Shown here piece after piece: positions 42,143 to 55,005 of a stretch of DNA of 64,000 nt (positions are counted from its first letter, which is position 1; every line of letters begins with the position of its first letter). The position numbers were made by a program, and so were the translations under genes. The stretch lies in NCBI GenBank assembly GCA_964304625.1, contig OZ199839.1, positions 6,762,234-6,826,233 on the forward strand, given 5' to 3'. The stretch is from Kudoa neothunni. Taxonomy: Eukaryota > Animalia > Cnidaria. The notes beneath the pieces are model-generated. The model had not been told where the DNA came from. It searched no databases and worked only from the letters and a program-made list of their open reading frames with translations.

Positions 42143-43243
42143 GGGTTTAAACATTATGATATTGTACGACAGCACATTAGATTGTTTAATGTGAGACGGT
42201 TGCATAATTAGTCAGTAAACACTGCCGCACGTTATTAGAAAATTTAAACGTTATTTCGAAATATATCATGAACAATGAAGTAATTAATTGTGTGTACATT
42301 TATATGCACTAGGCATTAAATATGAGTGAGTGTTAATGTCAAAAAATTTCAATAATATGACGATAACATTAAATTTAATATCCAATTTAATTATTACATT
42401 GGAAGAAGTTTAAAAACATTAATAGATATTATTCTATTTTACTGTTGTATTTTAAACTAGAGGTTTTCCTGACCATGGGTTTTTTGTGTGAACTGGGGAT
42501 TCTCAACGGTCTATCTTTAGATTTTTTTGAAAATCTCGCTGACAACCCTGTTATAAATAGTATGAAATTTGGCGCGGTGGAAAATCCCAATCCCTGTATC
42601 TTTTATTTTCAATGCTGTTATAGAATTGAACGTGATCAAAACTAAGGGCATCTGAATAATATTTTCCATGTCAATAGCCACTTCCTGACTAATATTGATA
42701 ATATTGATAATGTTAAGTCCCAAAAATATTCTTGATTTTATTAGACTTATGTCAAATGAAAATATTATCCGACTGGGGAAGATGCATAATAATATTAAAA
42801 TTAGAAATTACTTAATTTCTAAAACTCGAGAACGAAAATTTTAATCAAATTGCAAACTAAAAATAAATCTCAAAGTTTGTTAATTAATGACGAATTTAAA
42901 ATATACGCTATCAGTTAAAAAGTTATCTGGTTAAACTAGGCATTATTCACATAGCTGCATCGATTAACCTTAAAAAACTACAATTATCCAGTATTCAATT
43001 TTATGTATTGCTATTTTTTAAATGTTATAATAAAACTATTACATGCAAAGAGATATCACCACAGCTAATCAGCAATAGGTCATTAATTAAATAAATAGAG
43101 TGTATCCCAGGAATTAAATAACTTTTCAATTAATATAAAAATCAACAAAATATTTTTCTACACAATCAAAGATGAATTAATTGCCCCCAAAAAATCAACA
43201 ACAAACATAAAAACCAATAAAAATAATGAACATATAAGAATGT

Positions 43244-43544
43244 CTAACGTAGCATTGTTTTCATGACATTTTTTACAACTCTGGGGAGTTTGGTGATATT
43301 TTCTGGATTATCGACGGAGTATTTTAATGTCTGGAAAACTGAGTTTAAAAAAGTCATCTCCTAGAACATACCTGGAAGTCGTCAGTAGCCTTCACATTCA
43401 TCGATTTTTTAGAAGCGCTGATTTTGATGACCATTCTCGACTAGATACAATTAAACAAAAGCTGCCTATTCAAACTACATTTTGAGTTTTCAGCAATCTA
43501 TCACTATCCTTTTCGAAGTTTTGTAGCGAGTCTGAGTTGGTCAT
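43244..43544 (-). CDS. SRP9: signal recognition particle 9 kDa protein (3 exons, ~73 aa)
   Basis: Spliced product MTNSDSLQNFEKDSDRLLKTQN|SRMVIKISASKKSMNVKATDDFQ|TLKYSVDNPENITKLPRVVKNVMKTMLR* aligns with the SRP9 pattern (F..a.e.L....Rvv.K......l.VKvTDD...L.Y.td...d.kK......lM..M). Canonical introns. Confidence 0.78.
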
Positions 43545-43640
43545 TAGGAGAGACGGGCCCAACACAGAATACCCAGAGTAAGGAGCATGCGCGGAAAAAT
43601 TTAAGCGTATACACTGAACGAAAAAGAATTTCAATCGAAA

Positions 43641-45854
43641 ATGGAATTCACTGAATACAACCAAATATTAAGCGATCTCTGCTCACAGGATGTGCTCTCG
43701 AGAGATAGAGCCAAAAACAAATTGAGCATTTTGTTGCAAGCGGTGAAAGAAAAACCAAATTTTGTTGGTAATGACACTGAAATGGGATTGTTCATAAAAA
43801 ATTCCAACGATCAAATAAAATCCAAGTTGAATGAATCAATGGGTGGCCGTGATAGTTTCTACGTGTTGCATGGCTGTCTCATTTATATTAAAACATTGTT
43901 TGAATGGGTTTGTGGTCCCCTCGACCCATACCCATATCAAAGATACCAATTACATTGTGTTATTGATCGTGAAAGTTGGAATGAACTTTTGAGATCATTG
44001 GATACCCGAATAAACGCCAATGATAATCGTAATCAAGCACTTTATGCAGAAATAATGTCCTATTGTGGCAAAATTGAAGGTTTTGAAAGATTTGAAGATG
44101 CTTACCTTGACAGATTAACCATTAACCTAAAAGAATATTGTGTCAATATAAAAGGTAACTCTGCAAACAGCTCACAGTTTGACAACGAAAACAACACAGA
44201 TGATAGTTCAACTACATCGGATTCATTTTCTGTTAGAAATTTGTTGGATAACACTATCAACTGTTTGGATGTTGTGTTTAGTAATGGTGATAAAAATAAT
44301 CCAAAATTGAAAGAAATGAGTTGGCCAATTTTAGAGAATCTTCTATTGCGTATATTCGATTCCAAAACAAGCACATACATACGAGAAGGTTCCTATCGAT
44401 TATTTGGTCATTTGGTCAAATACATGGATCCCAACAAACAATACCTCACTCAGACATTAAATGGAACCGATGATAATGGAGATTTGTTGAGTATTTTATG
44501 TGAGAAAATGATCCAAGGTATGGTGGATGAAAGCAATCGAGTTCGCCTATCAGCTTGTGTAGCCACTCGTCAATTTTTTGAGATATATATCTCATTTGTT
44601 GAGCTGGAAAGCGTGTTGAGTTGTTATCCGGTGGTGTGTATCAACAAAAATTATTCAGCTGATGGTATTAAAATTCAAGCGAGAGAGTGTTGGAAAGTGA
44701 TGACTCAGGAGAAAGGTCTACAAATTGTTCAATCAAATATACACTTTTTCCTGGTGTTTTACGAACATCAGTTGATGAGTAATAATTCGAAAGTGCGGGA
44801 AGCTGCTATTCATTGTGTTGCTGAAATTGTGTCTCTTGTTGATGTGGAATTGGTTAAAACAAATAATTTGTTGATGATGAAACTTGTGGATCTGTTGGCG
44901 GTTGGTTTGAGAGACCATTATTGGTCGGTTTGTGATATTTCGATTGGATCGATCGGAACTTTGATGATGCGTTTCAGACGTGTATGTAGTGAGCTGGATG
45001 AGTTGATTAAAATGAATATCACCACAACCCTATTCTCCTATCTCACTCACACCTATGAAATTTTACGTTGTGGTGCTGGTCTCACGTTGTGCCGTCTTTT
45101 GTGTGTTTCTCCTGATTTGATATATAGCATGATTGGTGAATATCTTGAGAAAAATTTAAAATCTATCGATAATATGCCACCCTCTTCTAACAATAATTGC
45201 AAGGATGAGTGTTCTTCAGAGGTGAAAGTGAATGATAATAAAAATTCAAATGTTGACACCAATCACTGTGATCGTGTACATAAACGTGATGCGTTGTTCC
45301 CCGGCTTGAAAAGCACGAGTTCTTATTGTAGTTGTTCATATAAAAAGAAAAGCCCCTGGGAATTTACTGAAGGATGTGTGGTGCTTGTTGGTATCCTCTC
45401 ATCATATTTCACTCCCAATGCCATCCAAATTTTCACCAATATCACTCTTTCGAATTATTGTGTCGACTTTGAAGATAATACCTGCCCATTGGATGAGAAT
45501 ATACGCCAAAAATTGGTCCTCATGTGCAGTAGTTATTTACCTTTTGTGGTGGATTGTTTGATGAGAAGAGACTTCCCCGATCACTTCTATTTAATTGAAA
45601 CTATCTTTGATTTCTTGCCCCCTATGATAAATTTTACCGATAAAGCTGAATTCAAAAAAACATCCCTAATCGAGGATAAGATATTCAATGCACTCAATTA
45701 TGTTTCCACTTTTCAGGACGAAAACACCAAGTTGATAAATCATACCGAAGACTTTGTTCGAAATCTCGCAAAACTATACGGAAAACGCATTATGCATTCC
45801 ATGATCCAACAATATTGTCCTGAGCATGAAAAACTGCTTGCTAAATTTTTGTAG
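43641..45854 (+). CDS. HEAT/ARM-repeat protein (737 aa, single exon), uncharacterised conserved type
   Basis: Long uninterrupted ORF with HEAT-like motifs GMVDESNRVRLSACVATRQF, NSKVREAAIHCVAEI, GLRDHYWSVCD and THTYEILRCGAGLTL. Confidence 0.85.
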   Translation: MEFTEYNQILSDLCSQDVLSRDRAKNKLSILLQAVKEKPNFVGNDTEMGLFIKNSNDQIKSKLNESMGGRDSFYVLHGCLIYIKTLFEWVCGPLDPYPYQRYQLHCVIDRESWNELLRSLDTRINANDNRNQALYAEIMSYCGKIEGFERFEDAYLDRLTINLKEYCVNIKGNSANSSQFDNENNTDDSSTTSDSFSVRNLLDNTINCLDVVFSNGDKNNPKLKEMSWPILENLLLRIFDSKTSTYIREGSYRLFGHLVKYMDPNKQYLTQTLNGTDDNGDLLSILCEKMIQGMVDESNRVRLSACVATRQFFEIYISFVELESVLSCYPVVCINKNYSADGIKIQARECWKVMTQEKGLQIVQSNIHFFLVFYEHQLMSNNSKVREAAIHCVAEIVSLVDVELVKTNNLLMMKLVDLLAVGLRDHYWSVCDISIGSIGTLMMRFRRVCSELDELIKMNITTTLFSYLTHTYEILRCGAGLTLCRLLCVSPDLIYSMIGEYLEKNLKSIDNMPPSSNNNCKDECSSEVKVNDNKNSNVDTNHCDRVHKRDALFPGLKSTSSYCSCSYKKKSPWEFTEGCVVLVGILSSYFTPNAIQIFTNITLSNYCVDFEDNTCPLDENIRQKLVLMCSSYLPFVVDCLMRRDFPDHFYLIETIFDFLPPMINFTDKAEFKKTSLIEDKIFNALNYVSTFQDENTKLINHTEDFVRNLAKLYGKRIMHSMIQQYCPEHEKLLAKFL

Positions 45855-45972
45855 TTATTTATTTCGTTGATTATTCACTTGTTTTTCTCGTTTTGCTTCA
45901 GTAGCTCTTCTCTTTAATATTTATTTGAGTTATTTTTGTGACAAAATATGTAAAGTAAGCTCCCGATATTAA

Positions 45973-47323
45973 CCTTTCGAATGTTTTTGGAGTCCATTGA
46001 TTGAACCCCAATGGATGTTTGAATCAATTTTAATGAATCTTATTTTACATCAGTGAATTTAAGATCCTATCTGTTCTTCTAAAAATATATGTTCTATTAA
46101 AATATCACACAAAATTTAAAGTTGTACATTCAGATATCGAAATAATCAAAATACTTACATATTCCTTCTTTTGCGGTGCAATGGACCCCACGTTTTTTTT
46201 CTACCAAACAATGAAGAAAGATAATTTACTATAATTTCGAGAAGTAAATGAAATTTTATCGAGAGGAAACAGAGAAAAATTGAAAAAATCATATATGCGT
46301 TAAATGCCGATCATCACCGACATGTGAATATTAATAAATTAATAAATAAATAAATGGTTATTAGTGTAATATTTTTAATCAAATTGAATAAGATATCAAT
46401 GAATTTTATGATAACTTTTGATAATTTCGTTATTAACGTCATACCAATGTTTCTGAAGATAATAAATGCTATCGAAATATTTACGAAGATAAGTATGGTG
46501 TTAATTGGTTTTCTGAGAAACTTCAAATAACTAAATGCTTTAAACGGAATATTTTTTCAAGATCTCAAGGTTCACATTCCTATGCTTAAAAAAGAATACA
46601 CTTCTTACCTGGTACGTTCCTCATATTTGATGGCAAGTCTTTTTCTCAACTTTTATTTCGAATACTAACAAGTTTGACGATTATAATTATCAGCATTATT
46701 CGGGGACTTGACAAACCAACACTCAATGGCTTATATTGGAATCCTTGTCTATATGATAATTTTAAGATCTAAATTATAATCACTCAAATTCCTTCGTCGT
46801 GAGTGATGCTGTTATTGTTCTAGATCTTGAGACAGAAAAGGGAGGACATTTTTATGTTTTTAGGAATAACTGTAATAAAAGCAATCTAAAAGTTGTTTGC
46901 ATGATATGATGTAACATTATAAATTAAAATAATATAAAATATCTCACATTTTATCTATTTTAAAACAATATATATATATTGCGGGTTTTATTAGACGTGA
47001 TTATTAAGAAATTAATTATAAATGAAACAGTTTTTAAGAATTTATTAATTATGAATGATACTTATTTTTATTGACTCATTAAGCTAAAAAGCAAAGTTAA
47101 ACTTGTTTAATTTAACTTTTAAAATGTTTTGGTAATGGTCGTTGAAACCTGTGATGTTTTAATTTTGATATTTATCAACATTTAATCAATAATTTTCTCT
47201 CATATTTTAATAAATTTCTTATTATATTTTTTTCGTAATTAAAGTTAAAAAATGTGGGGTCCTTTAGACATCAAAAAAAGGAATGTGTAAAGTCGATTTT
47301 CAGTCCCTAGGAAGATTTAGAGG
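45973..47323. mobile_element. degenerate non-autonomous piggyBac-like element
   Basis: TTAA|CCTTTCGAAT left end and GATTTAGAGG|TTCG right end. Degenerate G(G)GGTC...GACCCC palindromes at ~45990, ~46175 and ~47255. Confidence 0.45.
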
Positions 47324-48129
47324 TTCGATATAAGGTAATAAGCATTTTTTTAAATCCTCATACTTATAATTGTAAATTTTTCGATGTATATACCCTGTTA
47401 ATTCTACGATTTACCTAAAATTATGAAATAACATTTATATGGGATTGTTTTGATTAAATTTAGGTTATTGTTATTGGGCCATGGTTACTTCAAATTTTAA
47501 CCCGATTAATCCATTAAATTGGACGTTCGGTATAATGACAGATGAATGAAATTTTGATTCAACATTAAAATTATTTCATACTGTGTTTCAATTAAATCAA
47601 CCTGATATTCTAATAAATGACTTTAGAATGACATAGATTATCATGTATTCTGTTATTGTGAGTTTTATTCGAATATGTTATTCTTCTCTGAATAGAATTT
47701 TGTCTAATAAGTATGATATAATGAATTCTAGTGTTACTCCTACAAGTAAAAATATTATAAATTCAAAATGTGTAAAACTTAAGATTCGGTCATATGACCG
47801 GATAATGTCAGAACACCAAAAAAAGTAAAATATTCTAAAGTTTTTGATCACCGAAATCACAAGACTTTTTTCTGATGTACTTAATATCATCAGTTGCAGT
47901 TAAATCTAAGGCTGGTTTAAAAATTTCAAGACTCGTTTTTTTAATTCACTCTCCGTAAAGAAGCGCGGAACGTTTCTAATAATATTATTTATGATTAGGT
48001 AAACTAATTTTATGAATTAATAAACAGATGTGAACAAAACCATTTAATTGTTTAAATAAAAGTTCTTTTTTATGAAAAATGGACCAAACGAACATATGCA
48101 ATAAAGAATAATTAAAATGAGATGAAACA

Positions 48130-48545
48130 ATCAAAGAATCTGCCATCGCGTGATACACTGCTTAATTGACTGAGAAAAAAATTCTCCACATATTTTTTCA
48201 TTGGATCATTTGAAGAGACCGATTTTTAAAAGTATTAATGATTTACTTATTAAATTCTATGATAAAAAGATTGTTGGATGTCCTCAGCTATCCTTTTGGA
48301 ATTTTAAAAATCTTGATCAAAAGTTTGCGGAAGAAAGTAGAAACGTTCTTTCAAGATTAAGTCGATATCCTTCACTTTCTTAATTAAATAGTACAAACAA
48401 AATAGATGATTTTGCCGTTAGTAAATAAAAAATTCCTTCTAATTATGAATGCATCAAGACTAGATATTGGCAGTGATTTCGTATTGGGCAGTAAAATCTC
48501 AGGTCCCGATTCAGAGCGTAATGTCGAGACCCGAGACCTTACAGT
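48130..48545 (+). mobile_element. possible hAT transposon 3' remnant
   Basis: The ORF fragment '...PQLSFWNFKNLDQKFAEESRNVLS' resembles the hAT dimerisation domain start (FW.....LA..A..vLs). It is followed by a 'tcgagacccgagacc' subterminal-like motif. Confidence 0.3.
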
Positions 48546-49832
48546 ATTGTATGTATTTTAGACATAATTTCCTATAATTTTAAAAAAATGTATTATTTAT
48601 CGACTCGTGTAATAAAATGCGTAAAATTCCGGAAACAGCACCCAATATATAACACATTTTACAACAAAATATCATAAAGATGGCATGTGAAGCCTAAGGT
48701 TGTCCTCAAAGGGCTCAATCCGCTGGAAGTCATTTGTTCCCTGCAATCCTCAAAAATTACAGGGGATAATTCCCTATATTCACTTTGTATGTTTTAAATT
48801 TGCCTCAAACATATCCATTGCCAGTTTTTCTTGGAGGAAATAATAAAAAAGTAAGTTTAATTTTGCCTACATTGCTGAAAGAAAATTTAATAGATATGTA
48901 AACATTTTAATTTTCCGACAGATGAATATTGATACTGTAAGAGAATACAAAGAGGATCAACTTTTAATTATTATACGTAATTTTCACTCTGGGAAAAATA
49001 CGTATTCTCATTAATTTTCATGTTCTCAATACAATTTTCCTACGCACATGATCAAAATTGTGACTATTCTTATTTATACTAATTCTTAAATATATAAATG
49101 AATAATTTCAAATCTTTTCCGAGATATTTTACAATAATTTGACTTTTTCAATGTATTATTCACGTTTGTTCTATTTTCTCTTAAAGATTACGCCAAAGTA
49201 ATTCACAACAATATATTTTCAAATTTTGAACAATAAAATTCCAGAGTCTCAAAAATTTGACCAAAATAAAATATTATTAATTTTTCCGTTATTCAAACTA
49301 ACCTTGACTAAGTTACGGAATTTTCCGATTCGTCTATGAGAAATGCCGAACAAGATTAGGAGGAAATTAAATGATGGAATTTCTAACGATTTTCTTAATA
49401 TTCAGATAAGACACATTAATTTAAATGTGGAAACATTATTTAACTAAATTTAATAATTTTTGTTATTGGTTTATATATATCAAAAATATCGCCGTTGTTG
49501 AATTTGCTAAGAAGTAGGTTAATGGTTGAAAGCGAATTCTTATCTTATTTTATCGGCAGAAAACATTAATATTATGATTTCAAATCAATTTTAACTAGGA
49601 ACAAATTTATTATTTCCATAATTAAATAAAAAAATGTGACCTTTTCCATGAAAATGTGAAAAAATTGTATGAATCATATGAATAAATTAACGCTGAAACA
49701 GTTAAAAGTCCGTTTGAATTTGTAATATTTCCCCATAGAAGATAAAATTTAACTTTATAAATGTTTTTGTCTCATAGTAGCCGAATCTCAACGACTTTAG
49801 ATAAAAAAGTGGCTCAGTTTTGATAGTTTTAG

Positions 49833-52800
49833 ATGGAAGATAACATTGGAAATGGGTCGTTTTTAACGGCCTGGTTGGAGAAAAATCTTACCGACAAGAC
49901 CTATGAAAAAAGAAAGAATGCATGCAACGAAATAGAACAGTAGTCTTTTTGAGTATTTTGTGGATGTTTAATTGTGGTTAAGGATGTTTAATCGACTTTC
50001 AATGAAAAGTGAATACGAAAGTGTCAAAAAAGCACTGAACGATATAGTGGCCGGGTTGATTGAGGGCAAGCACAATGTGTACAAAAAGGGAGGATTGGGG
50101 GCATTAGCTGCTGCAACAATCGGTCTAGGGAAGGTAGATAGAATTTAATAGACCCATATGTTAAATCATACATAGAATGCCCATACCTACAAAGAGTTGA
50201 TCGTGATACCATTAATCAATTGTCTCAACGAGCAGGATGCCAAGTTACGTTACACTGCCTGTGAAGCGTTGTACAATGTGATCAAAGTGATACGTCAACA
50301 TTCTATCGAATATTTCCCTACTCTATTTAATCATCTCATCAAAATGACAGTCGATACTGATGCCGATGTGAAAAATGGTTCCGATATAGTGAACAAACTG
50401 TTGATCGATATTGTGGTCGAATGCAGCACTCTCGATATGAATATGGTCAAAGATGTTGTTCGAGAGCATTTATATGTGGTGAATGCACCATGTAGACAAT
50501 TTCTGTTGACTTGGTTGTTGATTTTCCACTCAAAGGCCGGTTACAACACCATCAAATGTCTTCCCTATTGGATGGATGGCATCCTCAATATATATGGTGA
50601 TAAAGTTGGAGATATTAGAAGACAAAGTGGAACATTTTTGTCGGAATTGTTAAAGACAATCGACGAAAACAGTGTTGCGAAAAATCAGACTATTTGTAAG
50701 GAATTACCTTTGCTGGTTCCAATATTGATTTCCAATCTTCAATCCACCACCCATGACCGTAATTTGTTTGTATAATTTCTCACATTTTGAGATTGCTTTT
50801 CATTTTTTTCTGTCTAGAGAATCATCTCAAACTGATGGAACTCAGATGGATAAATACCATTCTCAAGATATGCAGATTTGAGATGGTATCTTTGACATCT
50901 AATCTAATTAAAGTGACCATCCCTCATATCAACTATCCAAACAATGAGAATATTTCAAAAAATGCGGGTCAAATAAATGAACTATTATTTTCCACTGTTA
51001 AAGAGTGTGACTTGAATATCAACTGGGACAGATTAACATTGACATTGATTGATTTTATTGACACCAAAAATGAACAAAATTTTAACATTGACTGTTGCCA
51101 GGAGGCATTATATTGGTTTAATTTCCTTATAGAGAATAATTTTACTCAAGTAAGCTGATTATTATCTATTGTAATAATCATATGCTTTATTTTTCTGTGT
51201 TAGGTGTACGAAAATTCGGAAAATTTTTTTCCGTTATTTCTCAATCTTATTTTTAACGAGTGCAATAGTGTAATGTTAATTATTTCATTAATTGTTTAAT
51301 AAATACAATATTGTGTAGATTTGCATTTACTCTATGAAAATAATAAACAAATTTTGTCTTAATGGTAATAAATATAATTGAAATCAGTGATGCGTAATTA
51401 AATATTTAAAAAATTATAGGACAGAATGAAGAACATTTCTCGCGATATTTCAACATTCTTATAAGAGATATTCTTCTTAAATTTTTAAATCTCGGAATCG
51501 AGAGTGAGGAGAGTGTTGATGAGCGCAAACGATTTATAATATGGTAGTTTTTATATTATAGTTATTTTTTCGGTCAAAATTATTATTATTATTATAAAAT
51601 GTAGTGAATTGTGCGCTGTGTTCAAACCTGAGGATGTTTTCAGCCAAATATCAGACACACTTTTAGAGTTTCACTCAAAGGGCACAATCGAACGCGTCGC
51701 ACTAGCCAATATTATTGATCTTTTGAATTCGATACTTTTTACGCGTAAGGCGTTGGAAGATTTGCGCAATAAAATTTTTATTCTAAACAATAAAGTATTT
51801 TCTATTTTAACTAGTTTGAGAATATATTTTTGAAGGAAAATTGTGATCTATTCTGTAAATTGTACCGATGTTGGTGTTATAATCCCATCTCAACAATTAC
51901 GCTGTGTTTTATGGCTCAAACCTACGAACATGCTTCTAATATGATTTTTGTATTAGATCTCATTTTGATTCTTTATGATAATGTTATTATTATATTTCGT
52001 TTATAGTGATCGTGTAGAAATCGATATGAATTTTCTATTGCAAATCGACCATCTGGTTCGTCTCATAGAATCTCCCATTTTCTCAAGTAACGCTTTGATG
52101 TATTTTTTTTATTTTTTTTTGAAGAGTTGCGCCTTCACTTGCTCGATCATCAACATCAGCCTTATATTCTCTATTGCTTGCATAGTTTGTTGATGCTGCT
52201 ACCTCAGAGTTCCACTTTCAACACTCTTTCAAAACGTCTCAAATCAGTTATCGCAACTGGAAATATGTATAGGTAATAATGCCTTTTTTATTAAGCTTTA
52301 ATACAAATATTTAACTTTTCATGTATTTATTTATTTAATTAAATAAATAATTAATTAATTAATTAATAAGCTATCTATGGAAAATTAAGCTTAATTATAT
52401 TAATGGATTTCAATGCGATAGTTTATCATTGTTTACTTCGATTTTTACATAAATGTAATGAAAAATATTAATACTTGATTTATTCTTATTAATTTTTAAA
52501 TAAATTATATTTAAATATTTTTAATGAGAAATATTGTTAGCATTGAATTATTGGGAGGAATTTCACATGAATGAAAGTATAAAATATAATTTTTTTTCAA
52601 ATGTTTCCTCATATACTAAATTTTTATTATTTTTTGTTAAATTAATCAAAAATTATTTATTTAGAATATTTGAATATTAAAAAAATTGTTAGTGTATAAA
52701 TTTATATAATAATTTTAATATATTTCTATATCGAATGTATTAAATCTATCTCAATTAATAATAAAAAATCATAAAAATTTGTTTAATTAATAAAATTTAA

Positions 52801-53417
52801 AAATATATTATTTTATATCATAAAAAGTAAGATTTTTGTAGATACTAAACTTTATGCTTATTTAAAACCATTTTTGTGTATTAAACGTGACTTTTTGTTA
52901 ATCAATACAATAATGATTTGCGATTTTAAGATAACATATTTTAATGAATTATTTCCGTATAAAAGTTAATTTTTATGACTGATCAATTTTTGGTAGGTGG
53001 TATTATATAGACAGATTTAAATTTTTTTATGATTTACTTAATTGTTTGATTAATTTAATGAATGTGCTCAGATAATTCCGACAATAATTGTTATGAGGAA
53101 GTTTTATGATAAATATTGAAATATATAATTATATTCAAATTACCTAATGTTTTTATCTGCCGATATACCGCTATATCGCTGCTGTATTATTATTATTCTT
53201 TGAATAAAAGTTTATTTTTCTATTCGCTATTATATATTAGTACTCAGTGATTTATGATAAAATTTCATTTTTTAATAAATGAAATAATTTTTGATTTAGC
53301 GTTATCAATCAGCAATGGACCCAAAAACACCCTTCCGTCCATCACTCACATGTTGATTTTATCAATTTTGACGATCTTCTTCAGCATTTTTGCTCCATAC
53401 ATCAGTGTGGAACGTAA
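49833..53417 (+). CDS. VAC14: VAC14, PIKfyve/Fab1 complex scaffold
   Basis: N-terminal LTDKTYEKRKNACNEIE, KKGGLGALAAATIGLG, LRYTACEALYNVIKV, DADVKNGSDIVNKLLIDIV. C-terminal FCKLYRCWCYNPIS, FLLQIDHLVRLIESPIF, LLMLLPQSSTFNTLSKRL. Last exon 53300-53417 INFDDLLQHF. Confidence 0.93.
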
Positions 53418-55005
53418 ATGATTGTTTTTCTGCTAATTAACAGCATTTTTTTATATACTCAACATTATTCAATAATTAATTGGTTTTTCACGTACATCTC
53501 TTTCATAAGTATTATTTTCGAGTTTTATTTATTGTACTTATGATTGATTTTTCTTTTAAATTAATTTTCGTTCTCATTCGGATTATAAAAATCTCACAAC
53601 TCATTTTAGCCTAGATGTATTTCCACAATATTTTTTTTAAATCTACATAAATATAAAAGAATAGAATGTTTTGTGTTACTATTGACGTAGTATATTTATA
53701 TTTGTAATTATTGATTATTTGTTATATAATGCTTTAGAGTCATTTTTATTCTAAATTTTCACACATTAAATCTATTTGTGGGAAAAACAAAAAAGAAAAT
53801 ATCGTCGAATCTTCTATGGATATTATTTGAGAGGAAGAGTTGAAATATTATCGTCAAGTTTATTTGTTTAATTCCAAAAGTATGTTTCGAGTTTATCTAA
53901 TTGCATAAAGTGTTTGTAAAATTAAAAAAGGATTAAATAATTAAATTTTATTTTGTTCGAGATAATTTTTTTCCTAATAACTTAAAATAAATCAAGAGAG
54001 TGAAAATAATAAATACAGTATTTAACCACTTTTTCATTATTATTCGCGTGCATTCAAGAGATATTCCATTGATTTTTCCTCCTTTGAATATAATTTAAGA
54101 AATGAAAGTCGACTAAAAATAATTTTATTTGATATTACATATATATAATTTATTCATTTTCAATAACGTATCACTCTTGTTGATATTTAATTATTAAAAT
54201 TTAATTTTATTCCGCGTGTTTAATCTCTAAATGTAGCTAGATCGTTAATTTTGTGATACAATCAGCAGCATACATTTATTTATAATCGTTCGAGCATTTA
54301 TTTAGTCGTGTTAACTGGATCAACATCGGCAGCCTCGCCTTAAAATTTTATATTCTATTTAGTGTTCTTATTTTTAGCCTAGAAATGAAAATTGGAAAAT
54401 ATATCAATTTTTTTCCATTATTTATATTTATAATAGATTTTATAAATTTGTACGCAACACTTCACATATTTTAATCATTTTCATCAATTCCAGTTGTAAA
54501 TTTTCTAATCCAAGATAATAACATCTCCATTAGTTAAAATTATTAATCAGCTTGAACAATTCTTACCATAATTTCTTCTATTATTCTTCATTAGTTTTTA
54601 ACATATTATAAAGTTACTTTTGTAATAATTAATGGTGGTTAAGACAAACAGTATTATTGGTACACAAAAATTCATTTAACACAAGTGAAATTCTCGAGAC
54701 AATATTCGAGGATGGTTAATTTAATTTGATCGGCCATTAAAAATAAAAATTCCAATTAATAAACTGAGGAAAAATATGTTGATCGCATGATTTAGTAACT
54801 TGGTTATTTTCGTCTAATTTTAATTCAAATCGACTTAAAATTCACATACTAGTTAAATGAATTAAAAACATCACTGCTCAATATATGTTTATCAAATGTG
54901 AAATGTTTATAGAAGAGTTCGTAAATTTAGCTATTGAAACAGAAAAAAATTTAATTATAAATTGTTAATGTTATCAAAAATATGGTTAGTCAAGGACATC
55001 GTTTT

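Noticed and set aside
42445-42723. Overlapping short ORFs on both strands
   Set aside because: All frames are interrupted and no homology is recognisable. Possibly a decayed fragment, but unsupported.
44102-45561. Short antisense and alternate-frame ORFs inside the HEAT gene (likewise those inside the ABCG and FN3-like genes)
   Set aside because: Shadow ORFs of real coding sequence.
2155-47890. Numerous 60-100 aa Ile/Leu/Phe/Lys-rich ORFs (e.g. 5520, 8418, 13036, 14812, 17922, 19263, 22195, 25024, 46314, 47643)
   Set aside because: Composition is as expected from random AT-rich or transposon DNA, often with non-ATG starts, and there are no motifs or splice support.
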